A DNA stretch of 63,693 nt, filler included, from Stramenopiles sp. TOSAG23-3 (Eukaryota): the NCBI GenBank assembly GCA_900128585.1. It is 9 parts of 9 records of this genome, joined end to end, with 100 filler letters (N's around TTAATTAATTAA, not from the genome) between each part and the next. Parts side by side here need not be neighbours in the genome. Positions count along the whole stretch, not along the records: positions 28,421 to 35,412 come from LT643218.1; positions 35,513 to 42,498 come from LT643219.1; positions 42,599 to 49,578 come from LT643220.1; 6 more parts are not named here. One strand, written 5' to 3'. The position numbers were made by a program, and so were the translations under genes. The notes under the pieces are model-generated. The model did not search any database, was not told where the DNA came from, and worked only from the letters and a program-made list of their open reading frames with translations. This document shows, piece after piece, positions 33,208 through 43,061 of this stretch. Numbering within the stretch: position 1 is the stretch's first letter; each line of letters begins with the position of its first letter.

Positions 33208-33663
33208 ATGGTTTCCAGTTCTGTATGCTTTGCTTTTCCGAAGTATTTCTTTTACTTGGAAGCGTGCGTTAATTTTTTCTCTGGTATCGTTATGATCATA
33301 TTTCCTGCCATGGTGCTTCCAGGACTGCTTGGGATAGACGGCGACAACATACCAGACAGCACCTTGGAAATGACGAGATGGTTCGGTGTGATGGTGTTTG
33401 GATTTGGTTCTATACTGCTCGGCCGAACGCTGCTGAAAGGCCCAGCCGCATGGGAAACTCTCACGAAACTCCTTTTTCAATGCTTTCTTGTCTCCGATTT
33501 TGCATTTTGTTTCGCGGCTATAAGCTGGTCGCACAGAAAAAATGTGTGGACCATGGATGCGTGCTTTAATATAACGTTCTCTTCTGTGTTGTTGCTCTTC
33601 CGCGTCGTTGGACTGTCTTTTCCTGAAAAATGTGGTTTCAAGAATAGCATCAAGGAGAATTAA
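33208..33663 (+). CDS. Small 4-TM hypothetical membrane protein
   Basis: 151-aa ATG-started hydrophobic ORF (EACVNF..G, TRWFGVMVFGFG, LVSDF). Confidence 0.6.
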   Translation: MVSSSVCFAFPKYFFYLEACVNFFSGIVMIIFPAMVLPGLLGIDGDNIPDSTLEMTRWFGVMVFGFGSILLGRTLLKGPAAWETLTKLLFQCFLVSDFAFCFAAISWSHRKNVWTMDACFNITFSSVLLLFRVVGLSFPEKCGFKNSIKEN

Positions 33664-33808
33664 AAGCGCTTTCGCTCTCTACACGAACGAAGGAGGTAAA
33701 GTGAAATTGTACTTTTCGGTAGAAAATACGTAAATACGTGCCCATTTTTGAAAAATCTTACGAAGTACTCAAATATACCTAAATAGTCTGCCGCGCTTCA
33801 GCGCCAAT

Positions 33809-35287
33809 TTACATAGCAAACCAGGGATGTTGGAGTGCCCCCACAGCGTCAATCCTATCACTATCATCGAACTCCAACAGTTGGCGTAACAAATCTTGCG
33901 CTGCGCCACTCAATCGCGCTATACGACAATGCCTAAAATTTATAGGAGGACATTTAAAGAAATCCACGTACGCTTCGGCGTCGAAAGGAGGTTCCATTGT
34001 AAACAAGACGTACATGATGATCCCAACACTCCACATGTCTGCAGCGAGCGTGTATGACCCTACTGCAGCCTTGGTGTTGGAGCGCTGCAGTACTTGCGGG
34101 GCAATATACATTGGCGTTCCGACAACCGTTTTCAATTTTTGGACAGTTGCTTGCTTGGCAACTCCCCAGTCCGCAATTTTGCATGACGTTGGGTTATCTT
34201 TGAAAAGCAAAATGTTCTCCGGCTTCAAATCCCTGTGAGCAAAGCCTTTGGCGTGAGCGTATTGCAGCGGCTCTAGAATGTTCTTCATCAGGACCTTTCC
34301 ATCAGCCTCACAATATGGCCCAGCCCCCGCGATGTCCTTCGTACCAACCATGTAATTAAACAGGTCTCCTCCGTCGACATAGTCCATCACTATTCGAAAT
34401 AATTGTTTCCCGGGGTAAATGTCTACCAAACTGACAATGCCTTTGTGTTCGCCTAAGAGCTTCATAGCGTCGGCCTCTTTCATAAATTTCTCAGTCGTGT
34501 CTTCTGACCCAGCGGCGAAATTCTGCTTGTTCATAAACATTGCTTTCACCGCGTACGTAATTCCCGTTCGCCTGTCCACGCATTTGTTCACACTGCCGAA
34601 ATTGCCTTCCCCCAACGGCTCTCGCATTTCATACTTTTTGTCAAAGTCGTCCTTTGAGGTCGGTCGCTTGTGCCCCCCGACGCCAGCGTGGTCGGGCGGA
34701 TTGACAACCCCTTGACTAGACGTGACATTTGGATCAACACCACGGCGCCTTGAGAAATCTGGCAAGCTGATGGTAAGCGAAAAATTGGGCATTTCCTGGC
34801 CCGACGAAGGCGTTCGAGCCACTGGCCGGGATCGACCGTTCGTGCATAACGACACCACGTCGTTGGCGTTCAGCCGCCGGGGTCGGTTTTTTGCCAGTCT
34901 GGTACCATTCACGAACGTGCCATTTGAGGACGTGTCTAATATATATACAGCCTTCTGATTTGGGTCGAAAAATAGCTTGCAGTGATCCCCACTTACGTGT
35001 TTGCTCCGTACTTGGAAATCGCACGTCCCCCTCCTCCCAAACGTGTACTCGAGCTGGTCGGGACCTAATTTTTGCACGGTCCAGAGGAACCCTACCATAC
35101 TGTGCAACTTTCCCCAGAACAAAGAGGGATCATCCCCAGCATCTTCGTCCTCCTCGTACTGCTGTGTAGTCTCGCAAAGCGTCTGGGTTGCCGTCTGGGA
35201 AGACACCGAAGACAGCTGCGACGCGTCCGTTGGGTCGGCGACCCCACCGTTCCCTTGCGACGGAAATAAATCGACAAACGACGTCAT
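33809..35287 (-). CDS. CHEK2: CHK2/Cds1-like checkpoint kinase (SQ/TQ cluster, FHA, kinase)
   Basis: SQ/TQ-rich N-terminus; FHA motifs FGR, VSGDH, SSNGTFVNG; GEGNFG, HRDLKPEN. Likely ATG at 35287. Confidence 0.85.
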   Translation of the reverse strand: MTSFVDLFPSQGNGGVADPTDASQLSSVSSQTATQTLCETTQQYEEDEDAGDDPSLFWGKLHSMVGFLWTVQKLGPDQLEYTFGRRGTCDFQVRSKHVSGDHCKLFFDPNQKAVYILDTSSNGTFVNGTRLAKNRPRRLNANDVVSLCTNGRSRPVARTPSSGQEMPNFSLTISLPDFSRRRGVDPNVTSSQGVVNPPDHAGVGGHKRPTSKDDFDKKYEMREPLGEGNFGSVNKCVDRRTGITYAVKAMFMNKQNFAAGSEDTTEKFMKEADAMKLLGEHKGIVSLVDIYPGKQLFRIVMDYVDGGDLFNYMVGTKDIAGAGPYCEADGKVLMKNILEPLQYAHAKGFAHRDLKPENILLFKDNPTSCKIADWGVAKQATVQKLKTVVGTPMYIAPQVLQRSNTKAAVGSYTLAADMWSVGIIMYVLFTMEPPFDAEAYVDFFKCPPINFRHCRIARLSGAAQDLLRQLLEFDDSDRIDAVGALQHPWFAM

Positions 35288-36087
35288 CGAAAAGAGCTGT
35301 TGTTGAGGTGCCAAATACAAAAAAAAAATATAAATGTACCACGCGCCGAAAAAAAAGCGTACAAAATGGTGCACCTGTAGCTCTTAATATCTTCCTTGTC
35401 GAACCATTCGACNNNNNNNNNNNNNNNNNNNNNNNNNNNNNNNNNNNNNNNNNNNNTTAATTAATTAANNNNNNNNNNNNNNNNNNNNNNNNNNNNNNNN
35501 NNNNNNNNNNNNTCGACGAACGATCGAAAAAAACGTTGAAGTAGAAGTGTAGTAGTAGTAGTATGATTATTATTGATGAGATGAAAATAAAAAAAAATTA
35601 TTATTTTATATTATTATTATTATTATAGAGACTTACTTACTTTTCATAATGGTACAGTATGTAAATTTTAAAAAAAAAAATCATCATTCACGCACTGCTT
35701 GTTATATTAATAATTATTATATAGAAATAGCATTGAAATACAGATTCAGCGCATTTCTTTCTTATTGTTGCTGCGGTTACCAGTATAGTAGTACGGTAGT
35801 AGTGCGTCCGTGCGTGATGATGAATGAGCGAGAGTAGTGGGGTTCTGAGGTGGAGTGATGATGACGATGCGAAGTAACCGACAGAAGAAACTGAAAAAGA
35901 AGACATCCTAATTATTACGATAGTCACAATGTTGTCTCTGACCTTTTAAATTCAAAGATTTTTGTACGTATTTTGTGAAGTGCCCTTGCCGTTTATTCGT
36001 CAACAAACTACTCTAATAATCAATACCTAAAACATACGTAGAACTTTGATAAAATCATGAAAGTCCTTGCTGCCCTCAAGGTCGCTA

Positions 36088-36294
36088 GGAGATTTCGGGT
36101 ACAGAAATGGCGGTTACATCGCTGGAGGCAGTAAGGACGGAGCTGACGGCAACATCATATAACCTAATAGTGACATCTAGAAGGGCAGATGGGCTGAAAT
36201 GAATGGACCCATGGAGCCACACCACTATGGTGTAATGAAGTTTGCCAACGGCGATGTTGGTTCGCTTGTATCAGGCTGTGGCAACAAATGTTAA
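36088..36294 (+). pseudogene. Degenerate MORN-repeat fragment with two in-frame stops
   Basis: Manual translation GDFGYRNGGYIAGGSKDGADGNII*PNSDI*KGRWAEMNGPMEPHHYGVMKFANGDV. Confidence 0.5.
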
Positions 36295-37101
36295 GTAGGA
36301 ACTGCTAATTATATTCGTCGTTAAAAGGTCGTAAATAATGCTTTTTCTCTCTCAAGGGCGTTCACAAAAGCGAAAAGATAAAAGAAAAATTACACAGTAG
36401 AAGAAAAGAAGAAAACCTGTGAGAGAGATGAACACTATAATAACATTTTTCTTTGGCGTATCATTTTAAGATTTCGTACTTCTATCTTAATATTATTTTA
36501 TTACCAGGTAAGGTAGTACCATTGGAATTAACTTGATGATGATGAGGATTAAGTTTTTATTAATACTGTGTGTATATTGTAGCATGAAATTCGATCAACC
36601 GACCAGCAAAGCACATTGCGACTTCTCCGTTGTTTCGCTGTGCTTGCTGCTCTGTCCTGCTGCCCCCATCATCCATCAACAAAATCACCACTTTTTTTTT
36701 CTTCTTTATTTGCACTTTTTTTCATTTATTATTTGTTATTGTTGTTGCTGTTCATTTATGTTTTAATGTTATATATATATATATATAATGTTGTAAGTAT
36801 ATTTGATGAAGCCGCATGCGCCGGCAGAAGAAGAAAAAAGAAGAAAAGAAGAAGAAGAAAAGAAGAAGAAGAAGAAGAAAAAAAAAGAAAAAAGAAAAAA
36901 GAAGAAGAGAAAAGAAAGGAGGAAGATAGGAGAAAGATAAACAGCAGCCGCGAGGGGTAATGCGGGTGTAAGTGGGTACTATTCACGTACAGAGCGCACT
37001 GGAAAAGAGTGTAGCGGGAGACAGTTATCCAAGGAGCATTCAGTATACACCTCTCGAATAACAAACGAAAAAAAGAGTGGCCAACGCGCTTCCGAAGAAA
37101 A

Positions 37102-38355
37102 ATGGTAGAGGGTCATGGTGTGAAAAGGGTGTGCGAACGGCACAAGAAAGTCCTGCTGAACAAAATGTTCAAGTGTGATTCGCCGAACGGCAGGTTCAAA
37201 GAAGGCGCAAAGTTGATCAACAACAAATTGCTGTACCGAATCGAGAGCGTCGGAAAAAACTTGTTTTACTTCTTTCTGGGCAATTCAGACCAGAAAAAAG
37301 ATTCAACCGTTGTCCACGTTCATTTTGGAATGTCGGGAAGATTTTTCAATTCGGGCCTTGGCAACCTGCCAGAACCCACCCCAACGACTCGCCTGAGGAT
37401 GATCAACAAGGAGGCCAACGTGGGCGCACTGCTGAGCGCGATGACGTGCAATTACGGGAATCTTTCCCTGTACGCAGAAAAGAGGGCAAAGCTTGGGGCA
37501 GACCCGCTGCGCGAGGATGCGGACAAGAAGGTCTTTTTCGGGTGCACCATACACGGCACGAAAGCGCAGCGGCGGGCATTTATCGGCGATGTGTTGATGG
37601 ACCAGTCAAAGATCGCAGGGGTTGGAAACATTTACCGCGCAGAAATTTGCTACAAAGCTCGCATCCACCCGCTTGCGAGGGTGAACTGTCTGGCAGAGAG
37701 TGACATGGATAGGGTATGGTTTCACTCGGTGGACTTGCTCCAGCGCGGCTACTCCGATGGGAGCATCCTTACCATCGACGAGGAAGACAAACGAAAGCCC
37801 TCCTTCGATGGGAGGCGACGGTACATTTACAACCAGCGAAAATGCCTCTGTGGGGCTCCCATCCGTGCCTTCACACAGAAAGCGCGCAATTGTTACGTGT
37901 GCAGTGCCTGTCAAGTCCTACCAAAGACGGACCTGGACCTTCCGAACACCCCGACGCGGCCAGTGAAACTCTTTCGGTCCCACTGTGCGCCGGACGCCGT
38001 CAAACTTAGCCAGCCAGAGAAGCTATCCGTGAAAGAGATAAAAGCTATCCTTTCGGAGTTCGGCGTTTCAACGAAAGGGAAGAAAGCAGACCTGGTGGCA
38101 CGCCTGCATCACACGACGAACATGTCCATTCCCGTGGGGGTGAACCACTTAAAAATGGCATCCGCGCAGGAAGCACTGAAAGAAAAACTAATGGCGGACG
38201 AAAAGCGAAACGTTGAGCACGTTGCGCTCGCAGATGAGGAAAGCGTTCGATTGTTGGGAAACAGTAACAACAAACGTGGTCGTCGACGGAAGAACGATTC
38301 GTCTTCTCGTGGTAACAATAAAACAAGCAAGAAGAAACGAAGAAAGAACGTATGA
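37102..38355 (+). CDS. Fpg/Nei-family DNA glycosylase/AP lyase with C-terminal SAP domain
   Basis: MVEGH start, GKNLF, HFGMSG, H2TH LMDQSKIAGVGNIYRAE, zinc finger CLCG..CSACQ, SAP LSVKEIKAIL..GVSTKGKKADLVARL. Confidence 0.9.
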   Translation: MVEGHGVKRVCERHKKVLLNKMFKCDSPNGRFKEGAKLINNKLLYRIESVGKNLFYFFLGNSDQKKDSTVVHVHFGMSGRFFNSGLGNLPEPTPTTRLRMINKEANVGALLSAMTCNYGNLSLYAEKRAKLGADPLREDADKKVFFGCTIHGTKAQRRAFIGDVLMDQSKIAGVGNIYRAEICYKARIHPLARVNCLAESDMDRVWFHSVDLLQRGYSDGSILTIDEEDKRKPSFDGRRRYIYNQRKCLCGAPIRAFTQKARNCYVCSACQVLPKTDLDLPNTPTRPVKLFRSHCAPDAVKLSQPEKLSVKEIKAILSEFGVSTKGKKADLVARLHHTTNMSIPVGVNHLKMASAQEALKEKLMADEKRNVEHVALADEESVRLLGNSNNKRGRRRKNDSSSRGNNKTSKKKRRKNV

Positions 38356-39233
38356 AGAACGAAAGCTTAATAACCTTCACCGTGTCGCGCGCTATATTTT
38401 ATACTGATGACAGCTCTTCTTTTACTAAAATTTCTTCTTCTTAAAATATTATTTTAATAACAAGAACGAAGATAAAAAATAATAAAATTAAAATAATTAA
38501 TAAAAAAAATAATTATTAAAAAAATTATTATTATTTTTCCTCTTCTTCTTCTCTTCTTCTCCTTCTTCTTTTTCTCTCTTTTATGTTTTGTTGATAGGAT
38601 AAATATACCTTACAATTTACATTATTTCTTGTTCTTCGATGTTCTTTTTTTGTTTTTATCTATAATTAAGGATATCTGTGTTTATAGGAGTAATTAAGGG
38701 AGACCCTTTGGAATAATAAATCAAGTGTAGATATAAGGATTTGAATGAAATCATTTCTCAATATTAATTATAACTAAATAGAATTAAAAAGTGATAAAAT
38801 ATTACTCTAGTTACATACACATAGCATATATATTATTTATAAATATATTTCCTTAATTTTAGGTGGATTATTTTGGTCCTAAACTTTTTAGGAAGAACGA
38901 AGAAAGAAGAAGAAAGAAGAAGAAGAAGAAGAAGAAGAAGAAGAAGAAGAAAGAAGAAGAACAAGAAGAACAAGAAGAAGAAGAAAGAAGAGCTGCTTCT
39001 TTCTTCTTCTTTTCTTCTTCTTCTTCTTCTTCTAGCATTTTCTTACATGTATATGTGAACGATGCTCCAATGTGTCGGAAAGAATGTGAGATAACAACAA
39101 TTCAAGAGTAGCGTGTTTGACGTCATATTTACACCAAAAGTCAAGTCGCACAACAAATCAAAGGACGGAACGCATTGGATACATCATCGAAACGCATTGG
39201 ATACACCATCAACCACTTCAGTAATAGATAACC

Positions 39234-40271
39234 ATGACATCAAAAACAGGCTCGACCAAGATACGGTACCAGTCGACTCTGAACCCGCCGACGTTTGCGC
39301 AGGCAACCGGGGGCGCTATTGTGATGACTGGGGGGCTTCTCTACTTGTGGAAAACGTACACCAGTGCGGAGGCGTGCATTGTGGACCCGGTGGAGTGCCT
39401 GTCGGATCTGTCGGGGGCAGACCCGTGGGGGCGCCAAGTCGTGCTTACCGTACTCATGTGCCTTTCCCTGTGGCTCGTGTCGGTGCTGAACAAATCCGAG
39501 CACGGTGGCAGTGACCCGTCGATTGTCGACCGGTTGTGGTCGATCTGTCCCGTGGTGTACACGTGGCACTTTGCCCTGTCAAACGAGAATTACAAGACAA
39601 ACCCTCGGCTGGCGGCCATGGTGGTATGCGTGAGCGCGTGGGGATTGCGACTGACGTACAACTTTTACATCAAAGGCGGGTTTTCGGGCGGGGAAGACTA
39701 CCGTTGGGAAATGATCCGGAAGTGGTTCCCCGGGTGGCAGTGGGAAGTGTTCAACTTTGTTTTCATTTGCATTTACCAGCAATTGCTAATCCTGGGTTTC
39801 AGCGCCCCGGCCGTCGCGGCGATGAACTCCAGCGCCCCTTGGGGGATGACGGACACGGCTGCGATGGCCCTGTTCCTGGCGCTGCTGTGCGGCGAGGCCA
39901 CCGCGGACGCCCAAATGTTTGCCTTTCAAACGGAGAAATACCGACGGATCAACAACAACGAGCCATTGAAGGAGTACTCGAAAGGGTTCATCGACACGGG
40001 CCTGTGGGCGTACTCTCGCCACCCGAACTACTTTTGCGAGGTGAGCATGTGGTGGTCGATCTACCTCTTTAGCGTCGGTGCGACAGGATCTGCGCTGAAC
40101 TGGTCCATCCTTGGGGTGGTGTTCCTTACCATGCTGTTCCTCGTCCCCGAGACCGGGTCCTTGGACTGCGGGGAGTACCTGTCGAGCGGAAAGTACAAGC
40201 AGTACGCGGATTACCAGAAGCGCGTGTCCAAGTTCATCCCATGGTTCCCGAGCAAGGCGTCCTCGGACTGA
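39234..40271 (+). CDS. DUF1295 / steroid 5-alpha-reductase-like membrane protein
   Basis: SIVDRLWS, WGLRLTYNF, GEDYRW, GLWAYSRHPNYFCE, YADYQKRVSKFIPW. Confidence 0.9.
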   Translation: MTSKTGSTKIRYQSTLNPPTFAQATGGAIVMTGGLLYLWKTYTSAEACIVDPVECLSDLSGADPWGRQVVLTVLMCLSLWLVSVLNKSEHGGSDPSIVDRLWSICPVVYTWHFALSNENYKTNPRLAAMVVCVSAWGLRLTYNFYIKGGFSGGEDYRWEMIRKWFPGWQWEVFNFVFICIYQQLLILGFSAPAVAAMNSSAPWGMTDTAAMALFLALLCGEATADAQMFAFQTEKYRRINNNEPLKEYSKGFIDTGLWAYSRHPNYFCEVSMWWSIYLFSVGATGSALNWSILGVVFLTMLFLVPETGSLDCGEYLSSGKYKQYADYQKRVSKFIPWFPSKASSD

Positions 40272-40594
40272 GCGGGTTGGCGCGCAAGAGTCTATTTCAT
40301 GATTTTAATTAATCATCGAAATGGAGATGTTTTGATTTTCTTTAAATAACTTACCACACACGAAGACACCGTCGCGTGGTCCGGCACCACCGGTTCGTTT
40401 TCAAAACCCAATCTCACCTCGGAAGAGCGTCTGGATGGACTCTTAACCTTACGGTACCGCAAAGGAAGGCGAGGTGTGAACGTGCGTACTGTAAACCCGT
40501 GGGTCTTTGGCCTCCCTACGTCTTGCACACTTTTTATTTTAATTAAAAAGAGATATATATTGTATGTAATGTATAACCTTTCGGTAAACGCCGT

Positions 40595-41824
40595 TTACAG
40601 TCGGGTCGCGCCCATCCCCGTCGCGCCGGTGCCGCCACTAGCCCCCGTTTTCGCGCTCGCCCCTGTCGCTCCGGTTGCCCCGGTGGGGTCGAAGTCCTCC
40701 ATGTCGGCTTGAGCGGGAAGTTGCATTTCCCCTAATTTCTGTGTCGTGTGAGACCTAATCTTTTCCGCCGACACGAGCACGCGCCTAATCGCGTCCACGC
40801 GCTGCTGCACGATGTCTACCAGAGCGTTGACTTTTTCCAGGGACTTGTAACTCCCGGCGCTCCGCACGCTGTACTGTGACTCCGTGTTCTTGCAGTACTC
40901 CCTGGAGCCCGCCAGGCTCGTGGTCGCCCGGCGAAAGCTGTTCTTTGCGCGGTTCAATAAAAAGCGCTCTTTGGACATCTCCGTGGTCAGGTTCGCGATC
41001 TTCACCTCGGCAGCGTCCATGCGGGATTGGATCTTCAGCAGCTTGTGCCGGGTGCGGTTTAACTTTAGGGACACGGTCTTGACCTTGGACTGCTGGTAAT
41101 CGATGTCCCGCAAGGCCCCTTTGCGCTTGTGGTCTAACGTCTTCATGCTATTCTCGTGCAACTCTTCCAGGTGGGTGGTCATCTTGTCGACCATGTCGGT
41201 CAGTTCCGAGGCCCAACCGACGCGCGCCCCTTCCCCGACCTCTAATAACGAGGAACCCGCCGAGCCCAGCTTTGCGACCTCATCGAAGGTTCCCTTGAGC
41301 ATCGCGTACAGCTCCTTGCTTTTATTTACGGCCTGCCCCAGGTTCTGCTCCTCTGGCAGGAAGCGCCGGTCGATGTCCGACAGGCGGGCCTTCGAGGCCC
41401 GGATGCGCTTGGCGCTCTCCGGGAGCGCCTCGGATAAACCGTTCACCCGCTTCTCGATCTTTTGGATCTTATCAAGGTCGCCGCCGGCCTCCTTCTTGGA
41501 CGCGTTCAGCGCGCGGCCGTGGGTGGACAGCGCGCCCTCCAGGCGGGCCTCCCCCTCGGCGGCCTCGACGAGGTTCGAGTTCAGGCGCCCTTGCTGTTCT
41601 TGGCAGGACAACCGGATCTCGTTCTGGTGGGTCTTGTCGTTGTTCAGGTCCGTGTGGAGGTTGTGCGAAACCTTCATGAGCCGTTCCAAAATCTGATCGG
41701 CAGGGGCACCCGTCTGCATCTTCGCAGACACTTCCAGCAAACTAGGGATCCGCACGTCCGCGGACTGCGCGCATACCGCAAAAGCCGCCGCCACCACAAG
41801 CAACCAACTAAGTCGATAAGCCAT
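40595..41824 (-). CDS. Secreted coiled-coil protein with GAT-repeat tail (trichocyst-matrix-like layout)
   Basis: Signal peptide, SLLEV motif twice, two long coiled-coils, TGATGATGA tail. Confidence 0.65.
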   Translation of the reverse strand: MAYRLSWLLVVAAAFAVCAQSADVRIPSLLEVSAKMQTGAPADQILERLMKVSHNLHTDLNNDKTHQNEIRLSCQEQQGRLNSNLVEAAEGEARLEGALSTHGRALNASKKEAGGDLDKIQKIEKRVNGLSEALPESAKRIRASKARLSDIDRRFLPEEQNLGQAVNKSKELYAMLKGTFDEVAKLGSAGSSLLEVGEGARVGWASELTDMVDKMTTHLEELHENSMKTLDHKRKGALRDIDYQQSKVKTVSLKLNRTRHKLLKIQSRMDAAEVKIANLTTEMSKERFLLNRAKNSFRRATTSLAGSREYCKNTESQYSVRSAGSYKSLEKVNALVDIVQQRVDAIRRVLVSAEKIRSHTTQKLGEMQLPAQADMEDFDPTGATGATGASAKTGASGGTGATGMGATRL

Positions 41825-42446
41825 TATAAGAACAACCTATGGAACGAAAGGAAGAGAGAGAGACAGAGAGAAAAATACGAACAAACAGCAAAGATTCGTT
41901 CACACGCACAATTCTTCCACTTCTAAAAAACCAAACGAAGTGCCCCTTTCAAGTTAAGAAATAAAAGAAACCGTATCCTTCCAATACCATTCCATTCCTT
42001 GCAAAGAAATAATGCAAGAATTAACGAAAGAAAATCCCAATTTTTAATTTTCTCCGAATCCCAGTTCAAATAAGGTAAATGTTATTTGTAAGGAAACGAA
42101 TCTATGATTAAACCAAACGGTTAAACCATTGAAGAATTAATTCCAATTCTATATAACAAATGTTTTTAAATCCTTACATTCTACAATACAAGAAAGAAAG
42201 GAAAAGTACACGGTCTATGCTATTGCTATGTATTTGCAATCCCCCCCTTTTTTCGGACAAAAAAAATGAAATGATTTGTCTAGAATACAAAAATTCATAC
42301 TTATATATTTGTATTCAATAGGGTTCAAAGTTTCCTTCCTCATTTCCTTCTTTCTTCTTGTGTCCTTTGACTATTATTAGTTTACTATAATATTGTATTT
42401 ATGTATGGTAATTTGAACGCCTATTAAATAATAAGATCATCAAAAA

Positions 42447-42498
42447 GGAAGGAAGGAAGGAAGGAAGGAAGGAAGGAAGGAAGGAAGGAAGGAAGGAA
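42447..42498. repeat. (GGAA)n microsatellite at contig end
   Basis: About 13 perfect GGAA units. Confidence 0.9.
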
Positions 42499-43061
42499 NN
42501 NNNNNNNNNNNNNNNNNNNNNNNNNNNNNNNNNNNNNNNNNNTTAATTAATTAANNNNNNNNNNNNNNNNNNNNNNNNNNNNNNNNNNNNNNNNNNNNGA
42601 AGAAGAAGAAGAAGAAAGAAGAAAGAAGAAGAAGAAAGAAGAAAGAAGAAAGAAGAAAGAAGAAAGAAGAAAGAAGATAATAAAAGAGAAGAAGATATTG
42701 GATTATAAAAAAAGAGAAGAAGATAATAAAAAAGAGAAGAAGAAGAAGAAGAAGAAGAAGAAGAAGAAGAAGAAGAAGAAGAATAGTAGGAGAAGAAGAA
42801 GAAGAAAAAAAGGAAGAAAATAAATTATATTATTATTATTATATTTCACATTGGGCAAAGGCACGGGGGGGGTATACGGGATGGTATTATAATACGGTAT
42901 ATGAGGTACGGGAACAAGAAATATATACAAGTGCAACGTGAGAAGGTGAGTGGGTGAGAATGAAAGCTATACTGTGGATCGTGTGTCGGATGTAAGCACA
43001 TTCCCTTTCCCTTTTTATCCCTTCGACGGCATTAAAAGTACTTCCTTTGGCTCCGTTCGGC

